Origin: Podarcis tiliguerta
Taxonomy: Eukaryota
Reading direction: 5' to 3' (one strand)
Length of the DNA stretch: 64,000 bases
Assembly: GCA_965153285.1 (NCBI GenBank)
Contig: OZ229121.1
Shown: in pieces, positions 50,763 through 62,896 of the stretch
Layout: each line of letters begins with the position of its first letter
Numbering within the stretch: position 1 is the stretch's first letter
The notes under the pieces: generated by a model
What the model was told of the DNA's origin: nothing
Seen by the model: only the letters and a program-made list of their open reading frames with translations
Databases searched by the model: none
Program-made: the position numbers and the translations under genes

Positions 50763-51394
50763 TGTGACCCTGGCTAGATCAGGGTAAATAGGCTTGATCT
50801 AATAGGAGCTGGTGATTGGTATAGTTTTCAAATGCACCTATTTATATGGCTGTAACCACAGCTTTTGACCAAAGGGAAATGGCCATAGATTGGGTATTCA
50901 TGGTGTTAAAATGGCAGCCTTGTCCTTATCTAGAGGTCAGGCCTGGGGTCAATCATTAGCACCTTAAACTACTGCAATGTCAGAGGTGACAAAACTGGTC
51001 CCTACCGGGGACACAGGCTCAGGATGTGTGTGTGTGTGCAACCAAAAATCACTGTATCAGACTATGGAGTGTATGATGTATATGTATGGAGCGATGAAAC
51101 AACGCTGTCACAGCAAGATCAAACACAAGAGAAGCTTTCTGTCCTTCTTGCACTGTGGCATAAAGTTGTTGTTTTTTGTGAGGGTGGAGGGGGAACCGAT
51201 ATAGCTCCTTGCCAAGGGCACAAGGGACCCCAGGTAAGCCTCTGTGCAAGGTATTCTAGGTAGGGCTGTCCCCGAAGACAGGTTGGAATCTCTAAATGGC
51301 CCAAAATGCAGCCACCAGGCGTTTGGCTGGAGCCAGAAGACAAGGGCATATTACTCCAATCCTTTACTAAGTGAACACATTACCAATTTGTTTC

Positions 51395-51830
51395 GAGGCT
51401 CGACTTGGAAGTGTTGGCATTGAGCTTTAAAGCCCTCAATGTCCTGGGCACCTGGGTATCTACAGAATTGTCTCCTTCCATATGAATACGCTCAAGAACT
51501 CTTAGTCCACTACAGAAGTTCTTGCCTGTGTCGCCTTTGTTATCAATGGTGCAATGGGAGGGCTGGTGACAGAGGGCCTTCTCTCTTGGAGCGCCCAGAT
51601 TGCGGAAGAATCTTCCTGGAAAGCCACAATCCACCACTGTCCACCGACACTTTGATTTTGGCATACCTTTAATTAAACATTCACTCTCATTTAAATTTTA
51701 AGCTGCTACTGATTTCTTTTTAAAGATTTCTGTTTAATTATACTTGTGATTATGTTGTTTTATTAACTGTGAACTGTCTTGCATGCACTCCTCTTAAAAG
51801 GTTGGCTATAAATCATGGTAATAAATAAAT
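51395..51830 (+). mobile_element. Old L2 3' fragment (others at about 56105-56430 + and about 29490-29870 -)
   Basis: tttaaagccct.aatg.cctggg and cagagggccttctc motifs shared with the young L2 copies. Confidence 0.6.
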
Positions 51831-53527
51831 AGCAAATAAGGTATTTTACTATAGCATTATACCTTTTTTTGTTGGCCAGTTGACATTTTCAAAGTACTTC
51901 TTAAAACCCACACTGAGTTGTTTTTTAAAAAAAAAAACAGTTTCAAGTCATGCATTTAAAGTTTTGAAAAGAGAATCATATGATTTACCAGTTAAATTAT
52001 AGCCCTTTTCAAACAGGAAGCAAGAGGGCATGCAGAACAGCTAGAGTGAGCAAATAAAAGGTTCTGGGCACACATCCAGTTTTAAATCAAAGACCAAACA
52101 AGGGGAATTTTGAAGAGGAAAGAAAGAATGTATAGGTCAACGTGGAAAATATGCCCCAAGTCATGAGAAAATATTTTTCTGGCTAAAGTGAAACCATTTT
52201 TCATCTAAAATGATGATTATGGGGAATCTGCGAGCATTAAAGATCCTTTAAACAACAAAGAAGAATCCCCTTTCCCCCTTTGGAATGGTACAAAAATATA
52301 TTTGGGGGGGATATTTCTAAGATAACCTAGATCTTATTTCTAAGTGTTTTTATATAGTACATGAAAAGAGAAACCCACATTATAGGAGTTTAATAACAGT
52401 CTAAGTGTACGAAGCATACATACAATAATTTCTTTTCCCTTTTTTTGCATTGGGAGGTGACAGACTAGTTAATACATTTGAAAAGTACTATTTCCAGCAT
52501 GTATGACATATGCACTCATCAGATGTCTGTGCTCTAGTTTGTGCTCTAGTTTACCCTGCAAGAGCTGCCATCTGTCCCTCAAGGAAGACTGTAGTTTCAA
52601 CCCTCCCCCACCTGGGAATAGATCCTCGATTCTCTTTTGTGAATTCCCCCTAGCAACTGCTAGAGATGGGCTTGTTTATAGATAGTAGTAAAAGACAACC
52701 TAAACTTCCTAGCAAAGCAAGCACTAGAGGAATACAGAACATGTGCCCAAGGCCTTATGAATAAAAATCATTGTTCTCCATTCCCAGTAAACATCCAACA
52801 GGAGTTTGGAGATTTTGAACTGTGATAGCGGGAGTGTGTCTCAGCCTGGAACAAATGCAGTTCTTCCCACAAATAAAAAAGACATTGAACAAGATGCTGG
52901 GAAGCCAAGTTTCTAAAGATGAGTCACCTCTTCTATGTATGTATACCCTCTCAAACACTGTCTGACTCTCTAGATATAAACCTATACTGTAGAACTTCAG
53001 CTGTTGACGCTTCACTCCAGGAATGCTTCCTTGGCACACTGACCCAACAAAAGAGATTAGACAATGCCATCACACCATTCTGGTTAGGTGCTGGGGCTGC
53101 TGTAGTCAACTTTGCGGTTGACATGGATGATTGACGTTAAGAATGAGCTTCACAGGCAAAATTTAAGATAGGGCAAACACATTTTTATCCATTTCAGAGA
53201 GAGCTTGATGAGAACTGCCACAGAGGTATTGTGAATCCATTGAGCTGGTTTAAAAGCATAAGGACTGCTGTCCTGAGTCTCGTTTTACCCATGTTTACTT
53301 GTAACAGATCCAGCTCTTTTCTTAGAAGTCTTAATGGTGTGGTTCCTATACATGTCAGAAAAGACCCACTGAGTTCTCAGGAAAATGTGTATAGAATTGC
53401 AGCCTGAGTTACATGTACATACACTTTAGTTTGCCACCCCCATTGCTTTCAATGAGATTTAAGATTCAGGAACACAACCCACATTTTTATTCCAGCAAGG
53501 TCCAGTGAGCTTGTTTTGAGTATTCAG

Positions 53528-53613
53528 CCTGTCTGTCTGTCTTTCTTTGTTCCTTCCTTCCTTCCTTCCTTCCTTCCTTCCTTCCTTCCCTCCCTCCCTC
53601 CCTCCCTCCCTCC
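53528..53613. repeat. (CTGT)n/(CCTT)n/(CCCT)n compound microsatellite
   Basis: Read directly from the sequence. Confidence 0.9.
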
Positions 53614-53793
53614 CAGGAAGCCCCTTGGTTGTATCACAAGTTTTATTCTCTTAACGGTTCTTTAGTACTGCTTAAAACCAATCAATGTTACCTTTCTAAG
53701 AGAGAAATACAGATAAAAAGACACACACAGAGAGAGCGTAGTGACAATATAAGCAAAAACACGAGTAAAAAAAGACACACAAGATGTTCTTAC

Positions 53794-53871
53794 CTTAAAA
53801 TTGTGTGCTTTTTCATAGTTGAAATGGTTGTCGTTTTGCGTTAACGCTGCTCTTCGGACCAAAGAGGTGAT
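53794..53871 (-). CDS. CHN2: Shared 78-nt exon used by beta2-chimaerin through an internal acceptor ([26 protein letters not shown])
   Basis: Acceptor TATTCACAG|ATC at 53872, phase 0. This is the known point where beta2 and beta1 sequences converge. Upstream beta2 (SH2) exons were not found, so presumably lie beyond 64000. Confidence 0.88.
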
Positions 53872-54042
53872 CTGTGAATAGGCAAAGAGTTTGAGAGGTT
53901 GCCACAAGAGTGCTCCCTTGACTCCCATTTTCACCCCCAAAGCCACTGCCAGCAGCTCCTGGCGGTTCCTTCCTCGTTTAGATTTGTGAACCACGGCGGC
54001 GCAGGCTTTCTCATTTTCAAGCCACAACTCCTCTGCAAACAT
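53794..54042 (-). CDS. CHN2: Beta1-chimaerin isoform-specific first coding exon ([12 protein letters not shown]...AHNFK)
   Basis: Translation matches the known beta1-chimaerin N-terminus ([12 protein letters not shown]...[35 protein letters not shown]). ATG at 54042; donor AAG|GTAAGA at 53793; 249 nt, phase 0. Confidence 0.93.
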
Positions 54043-55117
54043 GGTGCAGCTGGGATCCCAGAGATTCTCCCTGTCTTCTTCTCCTTCTCCTCCTCCTCCT
54101 CCTCCTTCCTCAGAGGCCGGGAGGCTGACTGCTGTCAGGTTTGTCCAACTGCTTCTAATGTTGGACAGCAGATTCGAAGCAGCTGCAGCAGCCCATTCTG
54201 CCGAGACCTCTGGCATGTGACTTGAATGGGCTGTCTTGTGTGATGGAAGGAGCTTCTGCATCTGAATGAGTAACGGGTCTGCTTTGTGATACTTCTCTTT
54301 AAAGCAGACGTGTGCCTGAAACAATAGCCTGGATTCATGCAGTGAAGCGACTCCCCTCCTCCTTCTCGCCTCCAGCAGCAGCAGTAGAAAGAAGTACAGG
54401 CAGCAGGGGCAGCTTCACAGATTCACACTACAACACATTTCAAAGGAGAGATCGCTTCTACTTGGGAGCATCCCCCTCCGCCTCCCTCCGTTCATAAACG
54501 ACTCCTGCCTCCAATTGCACTCAGAGCTGGGGACTTGTGGGCTATTCCAATACAAACACCGGCAGATTAAGCCTTTAAACCCCAGTGATTGTTTAATCTT
54601 GCAGGGCTAAAAAATCTCCTCTTTTTCATATCCTGTATAAGTGAAAATCTGGTAGCACTTCAAGGATTAGCGGCGGCTCTTTGCAATGCATTAAATTAAT
54701 AACGTGGGGGTGGTTTTTTTTTAGTGCACACTGGCTTTAGAATAAGTGAAGTAATTAAATTATTTCAGTATGCCTGCGGATTACTTCGGTGTAAGGGGCT
54801 AGCTATGGATCCACTCTATAATTTGATTTACCTAGAAAATACCGAGAGTAACAGATTCACTGATGCATTAAGGACTCACTTAGTCCAATACAGTACAAGT
54901 AGGACAACAATTTCCCTGTTTTCCTCCTTAATATGGTTGTTACAGCAGTCATGCTATATGCAATGGGGACCCATATGCAACAAAATGTGTAGAGTGCTCC
55001 TGTTTCCCAGGATACATCATTCCATTCCATTCTGCTCACCCCAAAAGAGATTGGCCATTGGGCATGCTTAGCCCTCACCAGGCTAATTTTGGCGTTCTTC
55101 CTTAAAAAACTGTACTA

Positions 55118-55356
55118 CAGTTGTACCTTGGAAGTCGAACAGAATCCGTACCGGAAGTCCAAAGTGTTCAGAAACCAAAGCACGGCTTCTGATTGGCTGC
55201 AGGAAGCTCCTGCAACCAACCAGAAGCCGTGAAAGCCCCGTTGGATGTTCAGGTTCCAAAGAACGTTCGCAAACTGGATCACACACTTCCGAGTTTGCAG
55301 CATTCGGGAGGAAAAATGTCTGAGTACCGAGGTGTTCGGGATCCAAGGTACGACTG
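55118..55356. mobile_element. Tc1/mariner-type MITE (family of 26696)
   Basis: cagttgtaccttgga / tccaaggtacgactg; TA TSD. Confidence 0.9.
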
Positions 55357-55358
55357 TA

Positions 55359-55538
55359 CAGTGGTACCTCAGGTTACATATGCTTCAGGTTACATACGCT
55401 TCAGGTTACAGACTCTGCTAACCCAGAAATAGTACCTCGGGTTAAGAACTTTGCTTCAGGATGAGAACAGAAATTTTGCTCCGGCGGCGCGGTGGCAGCA
55501 GGAGGCCCCATTAGCTAAAGTGGTTCTTCAGGTTAAGA
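55359..55538. mobile_element. Truncated Tc1/mariner MITE (family of 3912, reverse orientation)
   Basis: Starts cagtggtacctc at the TA shared with the 55118 element; other end lost. Confidence 0.85.
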
Positions 55539-56530
55539 GTTCCGTTTTCTCCACGGTTTCCTCACATTAGTTACCAATCCTATGCAGCTCTGCTCAGAAT
55601 AAGCCCCACTGGCATTGGGTAATGTGGCTGCTCTCAAATGGGTCTACAGAGAATCCCTCTCCCCCCGTTGGTATAAAAGACCAACACAGCTTCTACGGTG
55701 GAAAGCAAATGAAAGTAATCATATGGTATCAGGTGTGGGGGTGGTAGAGTCACAGCTTGAAAGCAACAATGGAGAAAACAATTCCAATTGTTCATCTGCA
55801 AGCGGGCTTTTTGCATCTGCTGCCTTTTGAAATTGGCATCCGGTGCCAGGCCCACTGGGAGCAGCTCCACTCTGGAGCCCCCAGGTAGAACGTTTCCCTG
55901 CCCAAAGTGGAGCTTTCAATTGGCACCAAATTTAAATTCAGTGCCTACAGCAAGCCCCGCTTTTGGCAGGGATCACTGCGGCCCTGACCCTTCCTCCATG
56001 CCCAGATGGATGCTGAGGGAGGGCAGACCACTCTTTCCAGAGGTCTCACTTATTGCAGAGGGCTTCCCTGCTCCTGTTGTTTTGTCCATTTTGGCTTTTC
56101 CAACCACCTGAAATTTGGTGACCTTGGTAGGCCCCAAATATCTCAAGGAGCACCTTCTCCCATATGATTTCTCCCCAGCTTTTTAAGAGCTGTCTGTGCT
56201 GCCAACCATCAGATTCTACTCTAGAAGATGAGAAGATCCTCACCTCTCAGGAGCAGGGCCTTCTCTGCAGTGGTTCCAAAACTTTGGAATGAACTCCTTT
56301 AAAAAGCTTACTTGTCTTTTCTCCTTGCTTCTTTTTGGAAATAGGTCCAAACAGTCCACCAGGCATTTAGGAATGGAGGTCACAATACTGTTAATTTTTT
56401 TAATGTCCATTGCCTTTATTTATTTATTTATTTATTTCTTAATTAGTGTTTTATCTGCTGACACTGTATAACATTGCAGCCTTAGGGTCACTTCGCAGTT
56501 ACTCTACTGCGTATCCCTAATCCTTAAATC

Positions 56531-56668
56531 CAGGCATCCCCAACCTTCGGCCCTCCAGATGTTTTGAGACTACAATTCCCAACATCCCTGACCACTGGTC
56601 CTGCTAGCTAGGGATCATGGGAGTTGTAGGCCAAAAAACATTTGGCGGGCCGAGCTTGAGGAAGCCTG
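56531..56668. mobile_element. Palindromic hAT MITE
   Basis: caggcatccccaa / ttgaggaagcctg; core shared with 28004. Confidence 0.8.
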
Positions 56669-58342
56669 CTCAAAACCCTTTGAGAGAAACCCTTGCTTTA
56701 ATTTACAAACATAAAAGCAAAGAACAAACTTATGACGACTTGGAGCATGTGAATGATGACAGCCTGATTTGAAAACTTGCAGAGACACATGGACAACCAC
56801 AATCAGATCTGGTGGTGCAATTTTCTACCGAGTGTTATTTACTTGTAACATTCTGCAAGTTCAGTAAATTGTCAAGACTGGCTTGCTTTTCAGACATGCA
56901 GGCATAGCTGAATCTATTTATTCTTTCAGGTAGATCGCAGTGTTCTTTCCCAGCTTTCTCTTCTCCCCTTTAAATAATTTCTGAGCCCTGTTGCAAAATA
57001 AATCATATTTCCCAGCTGATAAGGACAGCTGACTGCTGCTATTAAACAGGGAGTTTCAAACACAACACACAGATATGGGTCTCCCCAGGGCCTGATGTTT
57101 TGGTGCTATTCTGTGAATCATCACCATCATGCCATTAGTGTATCAACTCCTTTGGCAGCTCAGCAATCAGAACAGCAAGCCCTAAACAATCTTCTCTTCC
57201 TGCACTTATGGATCAGCCTTTAATCAGACGGTAAGTGTTTTAGAACAGACTGTGCTGTTTGATGGCTGAAAACCCAACCTCCCCAACTGTCTCACAACAT
57301 CAAGCTAGCACTGAATAAGAGATAGATGGTTCTGTTGTTTACATCTAAGAGGATAACCATATTATGTACATCTGTAAGTTGTATACTCCAGAGGAGCCGA
57401 GTTAAATGGATGATGCGGACGTAAAAAAAAATCCCTTTTGTTTGAAATTCTTATATCGTTTTCAGTCATTGTATATATTTTCTAGAAGCCCTTCAGTCAG
57501 AATGATATGACATTATACTGTCTTATATTACAAACATTTTTAAGTGCTAAGCACCTCTTTGAATTCCTGGCATAGATACATCTTGCTATGTAATTGGTAT
57601 TATTTTTAGTGGCAGTGAACCCAAGCCACGAGAGGTCAATTTTATAGTAATTCCATGGCATTTGTATTATTGATGAAAATCCTATTACATAAGGAACATC
57701 ATTATATAATACATCAGATACGGTGTTCGGAACTACAGATTATGCCAACAATCCTGGACATCTTTTTAGACTACTTATTAACAGTGTCATCTTAGGGACA
57801 AATTTCCAGAAATGAGAAAAAACTGCAACCTCTTTTGTAGCATTGTTAAAACATGTAGCCAATAAAGGACGGAGAATTCAGCCGTGTGACTCTGATAACA
57901 GGGGGTAGGCTGGCATTTGCTACACATATTATACCTGAAATTCCATTCATTCACCTAGGTTCCTTTGTCAATCATATTGTGTTATTTGTCAGGGTTCCTA
58001 CAAAGGGTGTCTATAGAGAGACATATAATAAATGTGTTCCTTTAATGGGCCAAATTGCATGAAGGAACAGTAGAATTCTTGCTACATATGTGTTGCATGT
58101 TCATGTATACAGGCTCTTAGTAACTTTAGAAAACCAGGCTTCATAAATAGAAACATAAGAGAAATTAACTGATTCTTTTATCATGATAATAACTTGAAAC
58201 TCTCAATATGATTTCAAACTGAATTTTCCACAATCCAGCTAAAATTAAATAGCTGGCACCACAACAGTGAACCTATTAGTCTGGATCTATCTTTAAATTT
58301 GTATAAGAACTGGTGTTCCCATATGATGATAATCATATTCAT

Positions 58343-58460
58343 AAGTAAAGGTAAAGGTACCCCTGACCATTAGGTCCAGTTGTGGCCGACTCTGGGGTTG
58401 CTGCGCTCATCTCGCTTTATTGGCCGAGGAAGCTGGCATACAGCTTCCGGGTCATGTGGC
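58343..58460 (-). mobile_element. Sauria SINE, 3' part
   Basis: aaaggtaaaggtacccctgaccattagg...gggtcatgtggc. Confidence 0.85.
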
Positions 58461-58461
58461 A

Positions 58462-58791
58462 TATATTATTTGTACCCCGCCCATCTGGCTGGGTTTCCCC
58501 AGCCACTCTGGGCGGCTCCCAACAGATAAAAAGGACAATAAAACGTCAAACATTAAAAACTTCCCTAAACAGGACTGCCTTCAGATGTCTTCTAAAAGTC
58601 AGATAGTTGTTTATTTCCTTGACATCTGATGGGAGGGCGGGTGCCACTACCGAAAAGGCCCTCTGCCTGGTTCCCTGTAACCTCACTTCTCGCAGTGAGC
58701 GAACTGCTAGAAGGCCCTCGGAGCTGGACCTCAGTGTCCGGGCTGAACGATGGGGTTGGAGATGCTCCTTCAGGTATACTGGGCCGAGGCC
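58462..58791 (-). mobile_element. L2 LINE 3' fragment
   Basis: High identity to 1490-1790. Confidence 0.88.
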
Positions 58792-59305
58792 AGTGAATGG
58801 GTACCCAAAGCCACATCAAAAAAAGTATCCTGGCAAGTTCAATGGAGTGCAGATCAACATTCCATTGCAGATGTGCTCCCACATCCACATCAGCTATGTG
58901 TATGGATGTCTATTTCTGCACAGGAATCTGCTTTGCTCAGGTGGACCACTTGACACGAGATGCATCTCCACTGATTTCAGTGGAACTTATTTTGAAGTCA
59001 GCAAGTTTAGAATTCCAGTTTAATCCAAGAACCTCAGCTCAGCTGGATTGTGGATCCAGCCATAGGCCTGCTAATACGAAGTATATTTGCTGCTAAGTTT
59101 AACATGCCTCTTACGTGACAGCTGAGACCGTTTTTGAGCTTGAAACAAATGTCTGAAGTGTTTTTAAAAAACGAATGCCAAAGATAGAATGCACCTATAT
59201 TTAGAGCATATCTACAACATCCATCAACTAGACACACTTGACAGCAGATTTCCAGCTGAAGTTCAAATAATTGTTATTAAAGAGGAATCTAAATAAAAGG
59301 AAGTA

Positions 59306-59564
59306 CCGTATTTTTTGCTCTATAAGACTCACTTTTTCCCTCCTAAAAAGTAAGGGGAAATGTTTGTGCGTCTTACGGAGCGAATGCAGGCTGCGCAGCT
59401 ATCCCAGAAGCCAGAAGAGCAAGAGGGATCACTGCTTTTGCTGTGCAGCGATCCCTCTTGTTGTTCTGGCTTCTGAGATTCAGAATATTTTTTTTCTTGT
59501 TTTCCTCCTCCAAAAACTAGGTGCGTCTTATGGTCTGGTGCGTCTTATAGAGCGAAAAATATGG
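59306..59564. mobile_element. pogo/Tigger-like MITE (CCGTA termini)
   Basis: ccgtattttttgctctataagac / gtcttatagagcgaaaaatatgg; TA TSD. Confidence 0.85.
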
Positions 59565-60331
59565 TATATCGTTGCCCTTGCCTCTCCTTTTTTTCCTACT
59601 TCCCTGACTGCTGAAACTGAAGGAACATGTCTTTGTAAACCGTTGTTGCTTAAAACACACACACACACACCTCTCTTTTCATAATAAACTAGCCACTTCT
59701 TAAAGGCCAAGACCACACTGCTGCTCTGATAAAACATATCCTTATCTGCAAGACAGCATCAAAAACAGAGTACCTGTTGATATAAGGTGGTCACCATTCA
59801 TTTTAATTGGGTATGTAACTTCCTATGCTAGGTTATTTGTGTGTTTGGAGCTGCCCCTTTCATTGGAATGAATCAGAAAGTTCACGAGTAGGAGCTTGGT
59901 ATGTACATCGGAGCACCCCTAGAGCACTGATTTGTGTTGGCTGGGCTTTATTTCCCCTGTTACAGACTAATACAGCTATTCTGTTTGGCAGATGAGTACA
60001 GTGACCTTCACATGCATGCCCAGCAGCGTAGGAGCTTCTCAGGAATGTCGCAATCCCTCACTGCTGGGCGTGTGTGAATAACATGATCAAGTGAGTGGGA
60101 CCAACGGAGAGAATTATGAGTTAGCACCCTGAATGGTGCGCAGATTCCATATGGCAGACCTTTGTTGCACCAGAAACAAACCAAAACCTTCTTCGCCAAA
60201 GAAAAGAATAGATAAGAATCTTGTTCTTGTAAGTAATTTTGAATCACAGAGTAGTGCCTTTGAAACCACTTTTCTGTATAAGTAAGACTGCTAATTCTGT
60301 GAGTAGCTACCCAAAATATCTTGGTCTAAAC

Positions 60332-60657
60332 CATGGGTAGGCAAACTAAGGCCTGGGGCCGGATCTGGCCCAATCGCTTTCTAAATCCGGCCTGTGGACG
60401 GTCCGGGAATCAGCGTGTTTTTACATGAGTAGAATGTGTGCTTTTATTTAAAATGTATCTCTGGGTGATTTGTGGGGCCTGCCTGGTGTTTTTTCATGAG
60501 TAGAATGTGTGCTTTTATTTAAAATGCATCTCTGGGTTATTTGTGCGGCATAGGAATTCATTCATTCCACCCCCCCACTCCAAAATATAGTCCGGCCCCC
60601 CACAAGGTCTAAGGGACAGTGGACCGGCCCCCTGCTGGAAAAGTTTGCTGACCCCTG
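60332..60657. mobile_element. hAT-Charlie-type MITE (family of 30912)
   Basis: TSD gtctaaac / ctctaaac; internal duplication of about 75 bp. Confidence 0.88.
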
Positions 60658-61289
60658 CTCTAAACAGTGGGTAATATACACTCAGGAGGAGTAATCCTGC
60701 CTTGTCATTCTGTTTTTCCCTAATATCAGTTGACTGTCTTCCCCCCCATTTTGTTTTTCCTTTGTGTTGGTCCTAAGAAAAATAGATACAAAAGGAGAAT
60801 TCCCTCGGGAGAACTCCCAAGATCCAACTATGAGGCCAACACTTTTTGGTGAGAAAACCCCAGCAGAGATTTAAAACCACAAAATATGCAGCAGCATAAA
60901 ACATGGAAATGAAGCTGTTAGACCTTTAAAATATGCCCTTTCAAATGAGTTCCAAAATAGTTGCCTCTTCCCCTAGAATAGAATAAGACCACAAGCTGAG
61001 TAAATTAAAACTGTTTAGTTACAAATTCTCCCAACAGAATACGTGGGTTCTCTCTGTTGAACTCTGTAATTTGTGATAAATTCAGGATCAGTAGGTGGGT
61101 ATTTCATACACAGGATCAGTTGATGTGAATTTGTTTATTTTAAATCCGTTTTTTGTACTCACTGTCAGGGTGGTTATAGGGTAGGAATGTGGTAGATACC
61201 TTCATAGCTTGCTGTCACAGCTTTTTATCTGATAGCAGGCATTCAAATTCAAATGAAAAGGTCTTTACTTACAAGTCACTTGTCTAGAT

Positions 61290-62313
61290 CAGTGTTTTTC
61301 AACCACTGTTCTGCGGCACACTAGTGTGCCATGAGATGTTGCCTGGTGTGCTGTGGGAAAAATTGAAAAATTCGAAATATAAAAAAAAAAAATTCAAATT
61401 TTTGCCCACTAGGCGGGCGCCGGACTGTGTCCTGGGTATGGGGTGGGGTGGGGTTTTTGACCCAACCCTCGGCCAGCAGGGGTGTCGATTGGCGCTCCTC
61501 AGGGGGACACCCTCCACTTTTCTGATGTCCGGACTGTGATTGGTTCAGACTCCAGCCTGGACCTATCACAGTAGGACATCATCTTCCGACTTCCTTCCCG
61601 CCCGAGCACAGTGTGCGCAGCAGCGGAGAGAAGAAGACGTCGCGACTCGAGTCACCAGGAGGACCGGAGAAGTTGTCATTTTTTCTCTCTTCAGTCTCCA
61701 CTGAATGCCTTGACTGGGTTAGGGACCCTTATAGTTCAGCATCAGTTGGTGGAAAGGACATGACTTTACAGGAGCAGGAGGAACTAACTGAACTGAGACA
61801 AAATCGTGGTTTCAAGCTAAGATTTGCTGATCTACCTTTGGACAGTTTTTGGTTGGATACTGCCAAGGAGTTCCCCCTTCTGGCAAACAAAGCTATTTTG
61901 ACATTGCTCCCATTTTCCACTACATATCTGTGTGAGATGAGCTTTTCAAGCATGATTGCTATAAAAACTAAATACAGAGAGAGACTGAGAGCTGTTGACG
62001 AAGAGCTACGTGTGTGTCTTACTTCGATTCCAGCCAGAATATCAGCTTTTTTGTTCAGCCAAACAGGCCCAGGTTGCGCACTGAATAAAGTATTTTATAA
62101 TTTTTCATATTTCTGTTTACTTACTATTTCATAATAAAGTAATTATAAAATACTTTCTTTGTGTTTATTTGATTCCTATTCAAGAGAATTACTTTATATA
62201 TAGTCAATATAGGCACAGAGTTAAATTTTTTAACATTTTCTAATGGTGGTGTGTCTCGTGATTTTTTTCATGAAACAAGTGTGCCTTTGCCCAAAAAAGG
62301 TTGAAAAACACTG
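61290..62313 (+). mobile_element. hAT-Charlie/Buster internal-deletion derivative
   Basis: Perfect 15-bp TIRs cagtgtttttcaacc / ggttgaaaaacactg; perfect TSD gtctagat. Confidence 0.93.
61688..62084 (+). pseudogene. hAT transposase C-terminal (dimerisation domain) remnant
   Basis: W.RDP...SFW...[34 protein letters not shown] motifs; 1-nt frameshift near 62050 before [10 protein letters not shown], followed by AATAAA. Confidence 0.9.
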
Positions 62314-62388
62314 GTCTAGATAGTCTAAAGACAATGCAAACCAATCCCACTTTTCATCCAGGTAGCGTTCTCTCTGTGTTAATTAAAC

Positions 62389-62521
62389 TAAGGTTACCAG
62401 ACGTCCCCGTTTCCCGGGGACAGTCCCCAGATTTACAAATCAGTCCTCTGACAACATCCTATCATTCCTACTGAAGTTGAAAAGTGTCCCCAGATTCATT
62501 GAAAAAAATCTGGTAACCTTA
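62389..62521. mobile_element. hAT (Blackjack-like) MITE
   Basis: TIRs taaggttaccaga / tctggtaacctta; perfect TSD aattaaac. Confidence 0.88.
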
Positions 62522-62811
62522 AATTAAACTACACTACATCTAAAGATCCACACAGATTAATTCACATTCTCCGGGCAATATTGTTCCATATGAGGAGAAC
62601 AGGGATAAACAAAAGGCTTCTAACTAGTTTGGGAAATAATGAGAAAAAATAATGCATGGTCCAGTAAGTCATACCACTTCTTACAAGGGCAACTCTGGGA
62701 AGGAATCCAATTTAACAAGGAGGAAATGGTTCCTGGAGCATGACAAAAAGGGTGGAATTGTACATCCTATTAATTAATTATGTGAGAACTGCTGTTTTCA
62801 CATGGCTGTTT

Positions 62812-62896
62812 GCTGCACAATCTTATGCATGTCTACTTGGAAATAAGTCCATTGTGCTCAGTGGGACTTAATTCCATTGTGCATTGGAATGCAGCC
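62812..62896. repeat. Roughly 85-bp imperfect palindromic dispersed repeat (other copies near 11565, 18735, 21125-21290, 21887, 36805, 53340, 55575)
   Basis: Consensus caatcctatgcatgtctactca.aagtaagtcccactgaa.tcaatgggacttactccc...ggattgcagc. Confidence 0.7.

Noticed and set aside
61613-62134. 173-aa ORF as a domesticated ZBED/SCAND3-type gene
   Set aside because: Enclosed by intact TIRs and TSD, lacks the catalytic core, and has a frameshift.
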